NCBI GenBank assembly: GCA_963696385.1
Contig: CAVOKF010000005.1
Location: forward strand, 544,001 to 608,000
Direction: 5' to 3'
Length of the DNA stretch: 64,000 nucleotides
Origin: an uncultured delta proteobacterium
Lineage (GTDB): Bacteria; Myxococcota_A; Polyangia; Polyangiales; Polyangiaceae
Position 1 is the first letter of the stretch; each line of letters opens with the position of its first letter. The translations under genes were made by a program, and so were the position numbers. The notes under the pieces were generated by a model that ran no database searches, had not been told where the DNA came from, and was given only the letters and a program-made list of their open reading frames with translations. Shown one piece after another: positions 1 to 10,245 of this stretch.

Positions 1-2
1 CC

Positions 3-536
3 ATGGTCGCGAACGACGCCATCGGCGACGTGCACGCCAACAGTCTGACGGTGGCGGGCGTCCCGGTGATCAGCGATGCCGGTGTCTGGGTGGGGCCGTC
101 CTCCGGTCTCGCCGGGGCCACCGGCCCGGCGGGACCGGCCGGTGCAACAGGGCCCGCTGGACCTGCGGGCCCGAAGGGGGATACCGGCGCTACGGGGGCT
201 ACGGGGGCTACCGGCGCTATGGGGGCTACCGGGGCTACGGGGGCTACCGGGGCTACCGGGGCTACCGGCGCTACGGGCCCGGCCGGCGCGATTTCATCCG
301 TGACGAGCGTCGCCGGCGCGGCCGCCACTTCGTCTGCGAGCACACTTGACCTTGCCAGCTCAACCGCAACGTGCGCGACCGGATTCGCGACCGGCGGCGG
401 CTGCCTCTTGGGCGGGACCCAAGGAACGGTCAAAGAGAGCGAACCCGCGTCATCCACCGCATGGATATGTGAGTGCGCCGCGTCGAGCGCCACGGAGACG
501 TGCACCATCACGGCGTACGCCGTCTGCGCTCAATAG
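3..536 (+). CDS. Collagen-like (Gly-X-Y) protein with Cys-rich C-terminal domain, probably 5'-truncated by the window edge
   Basis: Continuous GXY triplets ([10 protein letters not shown]...GATGAT) followed by a domain with several Cys (ATCATG..GGGC..WICEC..AYAVCAQ). Confidence 0.85.
   Translation: MVANDAIGDVHANSLTVAGVPVISDAGVWVGPSSGLAGATGPAGPAGATGPAGPAGPKGDTGATGATGATGAMGATGATGATGATGATGATGPAGAISSVTSVAGAAATSSASTLDLASSTATCATGFATGGGCLLGGTQGTVKESEPASSTAWICECAASSATETCTITAYAVCAQ
186..275 (+). repeat. 9-bp tandem repeat, 10 units encoding Gly-Ala-Thr (one Gly-Ala-Met)
   Basis: GG(C/G)GCTAC(C/G) units read directly in the sequence. Confidence 0.9.
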
Positions 537-2063
537 CCGAAGTCCGGGTTGCTCTTCGGCTTGGGCGTCTCGACCTTCGCCGGTGTCTTGTTGACCGGCG
601 CCGCGGCGGGGACCTGGATCACGGGCCGGGCGACCGCGGGTCGCACGTGCGCGGCGGTCGGCGGCTCGGGCGTTGGCCCCGCCGCTCCCGATTCGCCTGG
701 GGCTCCGGTAGTCCCGCTTGCCGCCCCGGACGCGGTTGCGGTGGGGGGGTTGGCCGGCAACGAAGGGATCGGAAGAATCCGGCGCGGCGGTCTTGGCCAA
801 CACGACGGGCTCGCGGGGCTCGGTCGGCTGGGTCGCAGAGATATGCGAGGCGGCGCTCGCTCTGGGCAGATCCTCGGTGCCGCGGCCGTGCATCCAGCGG
901 GGAATCGCCACCGCTGCCACGCCGACCACGCCGACCAGGGCGGCGAATGCGCCGAGGACCGCCGGTTTCCAGCCGCTCGGCTGCGGAGCCTGGGGCGTGG
1001 GCACCGGCGAGATCGCAGGACCCCAACCGGGTGGGCTACCCGGAGTGCCCCGAGGGCCCGTGGGGTGCGCCTGGCCCACAGCTTGTGGGGTCTGTCCCCC
1101 CGGCCTGGCTCCGACCGGATACGGGGTTCCGCGGCCCGGCAGCTGCCCCGGAATCGGCGTCTGACCGAACTCGCCGGGCGCGGCGCTGATTCTTAAGCTG
1201 ATGCCCGCACCGGCCGCCCACACTTCGAGTGCGGATCGAAACTCGGCCGCCGACTGAAAGCGATCCTTCGGATCCCGCGCCATCGCTTTCATCACGATCG
1301 CACTGAAGGCCGGGTCGATGCCGGGCGCGGCCGCGTGAAGAGGCGTGATTTCGCCGAGCACGATCTGGAAGAGCAACTCGTTGAACGACTCGGCGGTGAA
1401 GGGTGGCCGGCCCGCCGTTGCCTCGTACATGATGACGCCGACAGCGTACAAGTCGCTGCGTGCGTCGGCCTCCGCGCTGCCGCGCGCCTGCTCGGGCGAC
1501 ATGTAGAGCGGCGTCCCCATCATCGCGCCGGCCCGGGTGACCTTCACCGCCCCGTCGACCTGTGCGAACTTCGAGATCCCGAAGTCGATGATTTTGACGA
1601 AGTCACGCTGGCCGGCCTTTTGTTTCAGGATGAAGACGTTGTCCGGCTTGAGGTCTCGATGAGTGATTCCGGCGCCATGAGCGGCGCCGAGGCCGGCGAG
1701 CAGCTGAGCGATGAGAGGCGCCAATTGGGCCGGCGTGAGCTGGGTGAGCTGCGTCATCCGACGGCTCAAAGGCTCGCCGTCGAGGAACTCCATGACGATG
1801 TACCGCTCGCCGTTGGGGAGCGCGCCGATGTCGAGGACTTCCAGAATGTGGTCGTTGCCGATGCAGCCCGCCGCCTGAGCCTCGCGCTCGAAGCGTTGCA
1901 CGACCTCCGCGTTCTCGGCCACCGACGCGTGGAGCACCTTGATGGCCACCCGTCGCCGGATGCGGGTGTTCTCGCCCAGGTAGACGGCACCCATGCCTCC
2001 TTCCCCGATGCAACGCAGCACATGATACTTGCTGTCGATGAGGTTGCCGGGCTCTAAGGGCAT
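530..2063 (-). CDS. Membrane-anchored Ser/Thr protein kinase with apparent frameshift in the C-terminal tail
   Basis: [21 protein letters not shown] and SPE motifs plus a TM segment. The Pro/Ala-rich tail ending ...[10 protein letters not shown] is in another frame (ORF 530..760); a G7 run lies at 743-749. Confidence 0.85.
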
Positions 2064-2125
2064 GGAAAGCTCTCCGGAAGTGAGGCAATGCTAGCATGTG
2101 GGGCCGCCACGAAGCTTGACGCGCC

Positions 2126-2914
2126 ATGCTGCGCACCGTTCGCGCCCTTCGGTACGTGATGCCGTTTCGCGAGGGCGGGTCGGTCCCCGCCCTCGTCGAA
2201 GGCGACGATCTTGGCCTGTACGTCGTGAAGCTCCGTGGGGCGGCCCAGGGGACCAAGGCTCTTGTCGCCGAGCTCGTCGCGGGGGAGCTCGCGCGCGCCG
2301 TCGGGTTGGCCGTTCCCGAAATCGTGCTCGTCGAGGTCGACCGCGTCCTCGCGCGGAGCGAACCGGATCCGGAGCTCAGCGCGCCGCTCGAAGCAAGTGC
2401 GGGACTGAACGTCGGCCTCGACTACTTGCCGGGAAGCATCACGTTCGACTCGATCGTGGGCCCGCCACCGGACGCCGCCACGGCGTCGCTCATCGTGCTT
2501 TTCGACGCGTTCGTGATGAACGTAGATCGTACGCCGCGAAACCCGAACCTGCTGTCGTGGCATCGACGGCTGTGGCTCATCGACCACGGTGCGTCGCTCT
2601 ATTTTCATCACGCCTGGGGCCCGGACCATCTGCTCGACGGTACGCGTGACCCGTTCACCGAGGCGCGGCAGCACGTCCTCTGGCCCTGGGCGTCGGCGCT
2701 CGCGGACGCCGCGGTTCGTCTGTGCGAAGCCCTCGACGGGCCAGCGATCGGCCGGGTGGTGGACGCGATTCCAGAGATCTGGCTGGGGGCCGAGCACGGG
2801 TTTGCCGACGCAACCGCTCACCGTGCGGCGTACGTCGTCTGGCTGCGCGAACGCATGGCCTCCATGCCCGTCTTCTTGAAGGAGGCCGAACGTGGTCGCA
2901 CTTTGCTCGTTTGA
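2126..2914 (+). CDS. HipA-like kinase (HipA_2 type)
   Basis: REGGSVP, YVVKLRG, NVDRTPRNPNLL and LIDHG motifs; paired with a DUF3037-like gene. Confidence 0.8.
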   Translation: MLRTVRALRYVMPFREGGSVPALVEGDDLGLYVVKLRGAAQGTKALVAELVAGELARAVGLAVPEIVLVEVDRVLARSEPDPELSAPLEASAGLNVGLDYLPGSITFDSIVGPPPDAATASLIVLFDAFVMNVDRTPRNPNLLSWHRRLWLIDHGASLYFHHAWGPDHLLDGTRDPFTEARQHVLWPWASALADAAVRLCEALDGPAIGRVVDAIPEIWLGAEHGFADATAHRAAYVVWLRERMASMPVFLKEAERGRTLLV

Positions 2915-3293
2915 CTACGCCGTCGTGCGCGTCGTTCCGCACGTCGATCGAGAGGAGTTCGTGAACGCAGGAGTGATCGTCTTCTGCGACGAGAGGGATG
3001 TGTTGGCGGCGCGTGTCGAGCTCGACGCGGCTCGGCTCCGCGCGCTTTCGCCCGACGTCGACGTCGAGTTGGTGAGACGCCACCTCGAGGCGATCCCGCG
3101 CATTTGCGAGGGCGGACCTTCTTCCGGGCCTATCGGTCGAATGACCCTGCGGGAGCGCTGGCACTGGCTCGTGGCACCGCGCAGCACCATGGTGCAGACC
3201 TCGTCGCCTCATCCAGGTTTGGACGCGTCCCCGGAAACGCTTCTCGAGCGGTTGATCGAACGCATCGTCCGTCCCCGGCCGGCCCTCGGGTGA
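2892..3293 (+). CDS. DUF3037 domain-containing protein
   Basis: FDYAVVRVVPHVDREEFVNAGV and RWHWLVAPRSTMVQTS..HPG; overlaps the kinase stop. Confidence 0.85.
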   Translation: MVALCSFDYAVVRVVPHVDREEFVNAGVIVFCDERDVLAARVELDAARLRALSPDVDVELVRRHLEAIPRICEGGPSSGPIGRMTLRERWHWLVAPRSTMVQTSSPHPGLDASPETLLERLIERIVRPRPALG

Positions 3294-3466
3294 TCGGCTC
3301 GAGGCAGGGCGTTGCCCAGCCGGATTTCTAAAAAGGCCGCCGATGCGTAGCGCGGCACTCAGGCCGGAACCGTCGGACTTCTCGAAAGCGGCCGATCGAT
3401 CCGGTTGAGCTCGGAACGCAACCGTCCACGGCCTCGACGCATCCGAGATGGAATCGTCGACGGATC

Positions 3467-4864
3467 GTGAGACAAGACGCAATGCGAGTGGCTCGTCGAT
3501 CCCGCGGCATGGCCGCCGCCATCTTGCTTGGCTTCGGCGCCGTCGTTGGCGAAGTGCGCGCACAACCGGCGGAAGTCCAAAGCGGCCCGGTCGAAGGCCC
3601 TCCGATCGAGGATGCCATGCTCGCGCCCCCGCCGCCGGCGCCCCGCCAGATCGCATCCTGGGAGCAGGCTCTGGAGCTCATCCGTACCCGCTCGCCCGAA
3701 TACATATCGAGCTACGAGGCGGTTCGGAGGGCCGAGGCCCAACGCGAAACGGCGCTGGCGGCCGTCTTGCCTTCGGTCGACGGGCAGGTGGCATTTGTCC
3801 ACCAGCTCGCGCGTCCGCTGCGGTTTTCGATCGCGGGCCTCTCGGTCGTAACACCGCCCGCGAACGTCTGGGACTTCGGGGCCGCGGCGTCGTGGCCGGT
3901 CATCAATCCGCGCGGCATCTACGGCGTCGGGACGGCCGACAAGAACATCGACGCGGCCCAGCTGTCCTTCGAGGACAGCCGCAGGCAGATCGCGATCGAC
4001 GTCGTTGACGCGATGCTGGCTACGCTGGCCGCCGCGCGCGTGGCCGACCTCAATCGCGTCGGCTTGCGCGCGGCACTCGATCGTCTGCGGCTCACCCAAG
4101 TGCGCCTGCAGTTCGGCCAGGGCACCGAAGTCGACGTCGACCGTGCCCAGCAAGACGTGGCCGCTGCGCGCGCCCCTCTCATCAACGGCGACGAGGGCCT
4201 GCGCCAGTCGCGCGAAGCGCTCGGCGCGGCTCTGGGCTCAGCCGTTCCCCTCGCCGCGCCCGTGGGCCTCGACTTCGAAGCCTTTGAAGCCGCCGTGGAA
4301 CGGACCTGCCGGTTGAACGAGGACATCGAGCGGCGCCCCGACGTGGCCGCCGCGCGAACGCGCGTCGAGGTGGGCGAGCGGGCCGTTCGCGACGCCGAGC
4401 TTCAGTTCGCGCCGTCGTTCGCAGTCACATCGCAGCTCGCGTACACGACCGAGCCGGTGTTGGCGCCCTTTACGACCTGGTCGATCGCCGGCGTATTGAG
4501 CGTGCCTCTCTACGACGGCGGTGCGCGATACGGCGCGTTGCGCGACAGCCGGGCGGCTCTCGAGCAAGCTCGACAGGCGCTCGTCCGCACCCGTCTGAGC
4601 GCGATCGTCGGTTCGGCTCAAGTGCTGCGTTCCGTGGATGTCCTTCGGGCATCGCGCGACGTGGCGCTCCGGCAGCGCGACCTTGCGGCCGAGGTCGATC
4701 GTCGCACACGGGAAGGCTATGCCCATGGGCTTGGAACGAGCCTCGATCTGGTCATCTCGGCCCAGGCATTGCGTCAGGCCGAGATCCAGCTCGCACTTCT
4801 CGACTTCCAGGTCGACGAGGCGCGCGCCAACTCGGCTCTCATCAACGCGGAGTGTGTCTATTGA
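3467..4864 (+). CDS. TolC-family outer membrane efflux protein
   Basis: Signal peptide, two helical OEP-like repeats (RRPDV, LSVPLYDGG), first gene of an RND operon. Confidence 0.85.
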   Translation: MRQDAMRVARRSRGMAAAILLGFGAVVGEVRAQPAEVQSGPVEGPPIEDAMLAPPPPAPRQIASWEQALELIRTRSPEYISSYEAVRRAEAQRETALAAVLPSVDGQVAFVHQLARPLRFSIAGLSVVTPPANVWDFGAAASWPVINPRGIYGVGTADKNIDAAQLSFEDSRRQIAIDVVDAMLATLAAARVADLNRVGLRAALDRLRLTQVRLQFGQGTEVDVDRAQQDVAAARAPLINGDEGLRQSREALGAALGSAVPLAAPVGLDFEAFEAAVERTCRLNEDIERRPDVAAARTRVEVGERAVRDAELQFAPSFAVTSQLAYTTEPVLAPFTTWSIAGVLSVPLYDGGARYGALRDSRAALEQARQALVRTRLSAIVGSAQVLRSVDVLRASRDVALRQRDLAAEVDRRTREGYAHGLGTSLDLVISAQALRQAEIQLALLDFQVDEARANSALINAECVY

Positions 4865-6105
4865 ACGCCTTGGGTAGAGTGCTCGTCGCGATCGGCATGC
4901 TCGCGGGCGCGGCCGCGTGCGGGGACAAAAAGGGGCCTGCGTCGGCGCCGCCTCCTCCGACCGTGTTCGTCTCGACGGTCATGCGGAGCAACGTGCCGCT
5001 CTACATCGAAGCGGTGGGCACGCTCGACGGCTATGTCGACGCGGACATCCGTGCTCGCGTGCGCGGCTTTCTGCGGACCGAAGACTACAAAGACGGGTCT
5101 CCGGTGAAGTCCGGAGACCTGCTGTTCACGATTGAGCCCAACGAATACGCGGCGGCGGTGGCCTCGGCTCGTGCCAACCTCGAGCGAGCGCGCGTGGCCC
5201 GGGACCGAAATCGGATTCAGCTCGAACGCGACCAGGGCCTGCTCAAAGCAGGAATGATTTCGCAGCAGGACATCGACAACGCCACGGCGAGCCTCGCCGA
5301 CACCGAGGCTCAGGTCCTCGCAACGCAGGCGCAGCTCCAGACAGCCGAGCTCAACCTGTCGTACACGCAAATTCGTTCGCCCATCGGTGGGGTCGCGGGG
5401 CTTGCCCTCGTCCGCGTCGGCAACCTGGTGGGTCAAGATGGCCCGACGCTCTTGACGACCGTCTCTCAAATCGATCCCATCCGCGTGAACTTCGCGCTGA
5501 GCGAGGTCGAGTACGTCGAACATCCGGAACGCTTCCGGCACCTCGAGATGCGCGATCTCGCCTGGGTGAAAAGACAGGTCGCCCGGCTCGATTCGGGGGG
5601 CGAGGCCGAAGGCCACGAGCCGGGCATCGATCTGGTCCTCGCGGATGGGACGGTCTACCCGCATCGGGCCATCATCGTCATGGCGAATCGGCAAATCGAC
5701 GCGAGCACCGGCACGGTTCAGGTCCAGGCGTTGGCGGCGAATCCCGATGGCTTCTTGCGCCCGGGCCAGTATGCGCGTGTGCGCATCCCGCGGCCTGAGG
5801 CCGGCCACGATGTTCTCGTCGTGCCCGACAAGGCCGTCATCTCGGTTCAGGGGACCTATTCGCTCGCGGTCATCGATCCCGACAACAAGGTGGAGCTGCG
5901 CCGAGTCGAGCTCGGGCCGAGCGCGCGCGGCAGTCAGATCATCGAAAAAGGCATCGCCGACGGGGAACGCATCGTGGTCGAAGGAGTGCAGAAGGTGTCG
6001 GACGGCGCTCGGGTGGATCCGAGACCCGCTCCCGAGAGCATGCCCGCCGCCTCGTCCACCACGGGTGGACCGACGGCGCCCGTTTCGGCGGCCGCGAGAA
6101 ACTAA
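4852..6105 (+). CDS. RND efflux periplasmic adaptor (membrane fusion lipoprotein)
   Basis: Lipobox AAAC, IRARVRG, IRSPIGG, LRPGQYARV. Confidence 0.92.
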   Translation: MCLLNALGRVLVAIGMLAGAAACGDKKGPASAPPPPTVFVSTVMRSNVPLYIEAVGTLDGYVDADIRARVRGFLRTEDYKDGSPVKSGDLLFTIEPNEYAAAVASARANLERARVARDRNRIQLERDQGLLKAGMISQQDIDNATASLADTEAQVLATQAQLQTAELNLSYTQIRSPIGGVAGLALVRVGNLVGQDGPTLLTTVSQIDPIRVNFALSEVEYVEHPERFRHLEMRDLAWVKRQVARLDSGGEAEGHEPGIDLVLADGTVYPHRAIIVMANRQIDASTGTVQVQALAANPDGFLRPGQYARVRIPRPEAGHDVLVVPDKAVISVQGTYSLAVIDPDNKVELRRVELGPSARGSQIIEKGIADGERIVVEGVQKVSDGARVDPRPAPESMPAASSTTGGPTAPVSAAARN

Positions 6106-6121
6106 GACGGAGGATAGCGGG

Positions 6122-9100
6122 ATGGTGTCCGCCTTCTTCGTTCGCCGACCCATCGTCGCGATGGTCATCGCGATCCTCACGGTCCTGCTTGGTATCGTGT
6201 CGCTGCTGGGACTTCCCATTGCCCAGTTTCCGCAGATCCTGCCGCCTCAGGTCAACCTCACGACGACGTACACCGGGGCCGACGCGCTGACGATCGAGCA
6301 GTCCGTGGCGACGCCGATCGAGCAGCAGATGAACGGCGTCGACCGGATGCTTTACATCCAATCAACCAATGCCAACGACGGTTCGATGAATCAGACCGTG
6401 ACGTTCGACGTCGGCACCGACATCGACGTCGACAACGTTCTGGTCAACAACCGCTACTCGCAGGCGCAGCCCTTCCTGCCCCAGGACGTCAAGAATTTCG
6501 GCGTCACGATCAAGAAGTCTCTGGCTTTCCCGCTGATGGTCATCTCGCTGTTCTCACCCGACGGACGGTACGACCCGGCATTTTTGGCCAATTACGCGCT
6601 CATCAACGTCAACGACGCGCTCTTGCGCGTGAAGGGCGTCGGCGACATCCGAAATCTCGGGTCTTCCGACTACTCGATGCGCATTTGGCTCAAGCCGGAC
6701 CTCTGCGCTCGCCTCGGACTCACGGTTACCGACGTCCAGAACGCCCTTCGCGCGCAGAATGTCGTCAATCCCGCCGGGCAAGTGGGCGCCGAGCCCGCCC
6801 CCGCCGGGCAGCAGCTCACCTACACGGTCCGTGCGCAGGGAAGGCTCATCGAAGCCGAGGAATTCGCGAATGTCGTCGTGCGCGAGAACCCGGACGGGTC
6901 CGCCGTTCGGATCAAAGACATCGCCCGCACCGAACTCGGCTCGCTCAACTACCAGCAGTACGGCACCTTCAACGGCAAGCCGGCCGCCGTCGTCGCGGCG
7001 TTCCAGTCGCCGGGTTCGAACGCCCTCCAAGTCGCCGACGACATCAAGAAAACGATGGCCGAGCTAGCCACCCGCTTTCCGCCGGGGGTCGACTACAAGG
7101 TCTCGCTCGACACGACCGCGCCCGTCAAAGCGGGCATCCGCGAGATTGTCGAGACGCTGTTCGAAGCCATCGCGCTCGTCGTGATCGTCGTATTCGTGTT
7201 CTTGCAGAGCTGGCGTGCGACGCTCATTCCGCTCTTGACCGTGCCGGTGTCGCTCGTCGGAGCCTTTGCCGTATTTCCGTTGTTGGGTTTTTCGGTCAAC
7301 ACTCTTTCGCTATTCGGCCTCGTCCTGGCCATCGGCCTCGTGGTCGACGACGCCATCGTCGTGGTGGAAGCTGTCGAGCATCACATCGAAGAAGGCATGA
7401 CGCCGCCCGATGCGACGCTGCGAGCGATGTCCGAGGTGCAGGGTCCGGTCGTTGCCATCGCGCTCATCCTGGCGGCGGTTTTCATTCCCGTCGCATTCCT
7501 AAGCGGTGTCACCGGACGCCTCTACCAGCAGTTTGCCCTGACGATCGCGGTGTCGGTGCTCATCTCCGCGTTCAATGCGCTGACTCTGAGCCCCGCTCTG
7601 AGCGCGATGCTTCTGCGGCCGCGTGGCGAACCAAAGACCGCGTTCGGCAAGCTCGGCGCGGGCTTCAACCGGTGGTTTGTCCGGGCCACCGACGGGTACG
7701 TCTCGGTCAACCGGCTGCTGTTACGCAAGCTCGCGATCCCGCTTCTTCTTCTCGCTGCGGTCGCCGCCATATCGGTCGTGTTGGGCCGCAAGATCCCGGC
7801 CGGGTTCGTCCCGGACGAAGATCAGGGTTATGTCGTGCTCGGTGTCCAGCTTCCCGACGGCGCGTCGCTGCAGCGCACGATGGCCGTGTACCGTCAGATC
7901 GACGACATCCTCGGGCATGAGCCCGGCATCCGCACGTACAACGGGGTCGCCGGGTTCAGCTTCTTCACGCGCACGGCCGCAAGCTACACCGGCACCGGCT
8001 TCGCTTCGTTCAAGCCGTGGGACGAGCGGCGCTCCGCCGACCTGACGTCCGACGCTATCCTGCGCCGAATCAACGCGGCGTTCGCGCGCATTCCGGAGGG
8101 ACGGGTGTTCGCGGTGGGTCCTCCGGCCATCCCGGGGATCAGCGCTGCGGGTGGCTTCAGCATGATGCTGCAGGACCGGAGCGGCGGCTCCTACGATTTT
8201 CTCGCTCGAAACGTGCAGCGCTTCGTCGCCGAGGCACGCAAGCGGCCGGAGCTCGCCGGCGTGCGCCCCAACTTCTCGCCAGCGGTACCGCAAATGTTCG
8301 CCGACGTCGACAAGGACAAAGCGCTGACCGAAGGAGTGGCCGTAAGCGAGATCTACAACGCTCTGCAAACATTTCTGGGCGGGTCCTACGTCAACGACTT
8401 CACGCGATTCGGCCGGCAGTGGCGGGTCTTCGTGCAGGCAGAGCCCTCCTACCGAACGAGCGCGGAGGACATCGATCAGTTCTACGTCCGAAACGGGCGG
8501 GGCGAGATGGTGCCGCTGTCGTCGTTCGTCCATGTCCGAATGACCACTGGGCCCGAGTACACGGTACGATTCAACCTATATCGCGCGGTCGAAATCATGG
8601 GCGGCCCGGCCCCGGGCTACAGCTCCGGCCAAGCGCTCGATGCGCTCGAGGACGTCGCTGCCAAGACCCTACCTCCCGAGATGGGTTTCGCGTGGAACGG
8701 GTTGTCCTATCAAGAAAAGGTGTCGGCCGGCAGCTCGACGCGCGTGCTGGGTCTTTCGCTCGTCTTCGTGTTTCTCATTCTTGCCGCGCTCTACGAGAGT
8801 TGGTCGTTGCCGTTCAGCGTACTTTTGAGTACGCCGGTCGCGGTCCTGGGCGCGTACTTGGGTTTGCTATCTCGGCATTTCGACAACAACATTTACGCGC
8901 AGATTGGCCTCGTCATGCTCGTCGGACTCACGGCGAAGAACGCGATCCTGATCGTGGAGTTCGCCAAAGACCGACGCGATCAAGGACGGTCGATCGTCCA
9001 GGCCGCGCTCGAAGGAGCGAAGTTGCGACTTCGTCCCATCTTGATGACGTCCTTCGCATTCATCTTCGGCTGCGTTCCCTTGTGGGTCGCCAAGGGGGCG

Positions 9101-9298
9101 GGCGCCTCGGCTCGGCAGATGCTCGGCACGGCCGTCGTCTCGGGGATGCTCGCGGCGACGCTGCTTGGCATCTTCTTGATTCCAGCCCTCTTCGTAACGA
9201 TCGAACGCCTTACGGCGCGAGAGCGCCGGCCGGGGTCCGTGGACGCGGAGGTCTCGATCGCCGGCGGTTCTCACGCGGCACCCGCCCGTGCCGAGTGA
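6122..9298 (+). CDS. RND efflux permease, HAE1/AcrB family
   Basis: Starts MVSAFFVRRPIVA; GLVVDDAIVVVE, KNAILIVEFA, RLRPILMTS. Start moved from 5645 to ATG 6122. Confidence 0.95.
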   Translation: MVSAFFVRRPIVAMVIAILTVLLGIVSLLGLPIAQFPQILPPQVNLTTTYTGADALTIEQSVATPIEQQMNGVDRMLYIQSTNANDGSMNQTVTFDVGTDIDVDNVLVNNRYSQAQPFLPQDVKNFGVTIKKSLAFPLMVISLFSPDGRYDPAFLANYALINVNDALLRVKGVGDIRNLGSSDYSMRIWLKPDLCARLGLTVTDVQNALRAQNVVNPAGQVGAEPAPAGQQLTYTVRAQGRLIEAEEFANVVVRENPDGSAVRIKDIARTELGSLNYQQYGTFNGKPAAVVAAFQSPGSNALQVADDIKKTMAELATRFPPGVDYKVSLDTTAPVKAGIREIVETLFEAIALVVIVVFVFLQSWRATLIPLLTVPVSLVGAFAVFPLLGFSVNTLSLFGLVLAIGLVVDDAIVVVEAVEHHIEEGMTPPDATLRAMSEVQGPVVAIALILAAVFIPVAFLSGVTGRLYQQFALTIAVSVLISAFNALTLSPALSAMLLRPRGEPKTAFGKLGAGFNRWFVRATDGYVSVNRLLLRKLAIPLLLLAAVAAISVVLGRKIPAGFVPDEDQGYVVLGVQLPDGASLQRTMAVYRQIDDILGHEPGIRTYNGVAGFSFFTRTAASYTGTGFASFKPWDERRSADLTSDAILRRINAAFARIPEGRVFAVGPPAIPGISAAGGFSMMLQDRSGGSYDFLARNVQRFVAEARKRPELAGVRPNFSPAVPQMFADVDKDKALTEGVAVSEIYNALQTFLGGSYVNDFTRFGRQWRVFVQAEPSYRTSAEDIDQFYVRNGRGEMVPLSSFVHVRMTTGPEYTVRFNLYRAVEIMGGPAPGYSSGQALDALEDVAAKTLPPEMGFAWNGLSYQEKVSAGSSTRVLGLSLVFVFLILAALYESWSLPFSVLLSTPVAVLGAYLGLLSRHFDNNIYAQIGLVMLVGLTAKNAILIVEFAKDRRDQGRSIVQAALEGAKLRLRPILMTSFAFIFGCVPLWVAKGAGASARQMLGTAVVSGMLAATLLGIFLIPALFVTIERLTARERRPGSVDAEVSIAGGSHAAPARAE

Positions 9299-9350
9299 GG
9301 TCGCGACCCTCCTCCCGCCGCGTCGGGCGCCTCCGACGAGACGGCCGCGT

Positions 9351-9677
9351 TCACCGGACGCCAGCGATGGCGTCGGCTCGCGCAGCGAGCGAGTGGGCCG
9401 AGGCCGTTTCACCCAGGGCTCGTCGCGCATCCGCTTCGAGATGCAAGAGTTCGGCATAGCCCTTGGCCTTGTCCCGACCGAGCACGGCGACGACACTCGC
9501 GGCATCGAGCCGATCGAGCGATCGAGCGAGCGGGCCGGCGAGATCGGCTTGCGCTTCCATCGTCAAGGCGAGCGCCTCGCTCGGTCGTCCGCCGGCGAGG
9601 TGGGTGGCGATCGCGGCCAAGAACTCGTTGAGTTTCTCGATCTGGCGCAGCACATAGTCTTTCTCGAAGAGCCCCAT
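9351..9677 (-). CDS. Small helical hypothetical protein
   Basis: MGLFEKDYVLRQIEKLNEFLAAI... with GGAAGG just upstream; protein-like composition. Confidence 0.65.
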   Translation of the reverse strand: MGLFEKDYVLRQIEKLNEFLAAIATHLAGGRPSEALALTMEAQADLAGPLARSLDRLDAASVVAVLGRDKAKGYAELLHLEADARRALGETASAHSLAARADAIAGVR

Positions 9678-10100
9678 ACCTTCCGCGTACGTTAGTGCAC
9701 CGCGCTCGAGGTAGCGACAAGCATCGGGCGGTGCGCGAGCGAATGCGCCGCAGCGAATTCGCGGTTTGGGCGGAGCACCGCCGATTGCGAGCAAAACCAT
9801 CGCGTAGGGACGGTTTTGAGGGGACGTCGACGGCGGTGTACGAGTGCCTCGCTCGAGGCCGAGCCATCTCGCGCCACCCCATCGTCTCTTGACGATGTGT
9901 AGGGTCGGCGCTAGCAACGATTCATGACTCGCACGTCATTCGGGCAATCCGTATTCATCCGTTCTCTGCGTCGGACGCGGCTCGTCCTTGCGACGACGGG
10001 TGTTCGGCCGACTGCGGACGGAATCGGCAAGTGCGCGCGCGTCATCTGGGGCTCCGAGCCCTCCTCCCCTAGGCGGTAGCCTCGCGCGATAGCGCACGAC

Positions 10101-10143
10101 AAGGCCGCCCGGGGAACCGCCCGAGGCGGCCTTCGCCGTTTTT
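10101..10143. terminator. Terminator-like hairpin
   Basis: AAGGCCGCC (10101-10109) pairs with GGCGGCCTT (10125-10133); a short T tract follows on the + strand. Confidence 0.45.
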
Positions 10144-10245
10144 GTCTCTTCAATCCGGATGAGGGTCTGTCGCGTCTTCGGTTGGCGCGTTTCGATGCGG
10201 GTTGCGCGCGCTTGGGGTTCCGGCGCGCGGAAGGAACTGTGGGTC

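Noticed and set aside
186..275. 9-bp repeat as a phase-variation tract
   Set aside because: Unit length preserves frame and is explained by collagen coding.
5645..6121. N-terminal extensions of track ORFs (RND, GH38, treZ, activator, DUF1003, treY, TamA)
   Set aside because: Arg-rich extensions that overlap neighbouring genes or promoter motifs; family-typical sequence begins downstream.
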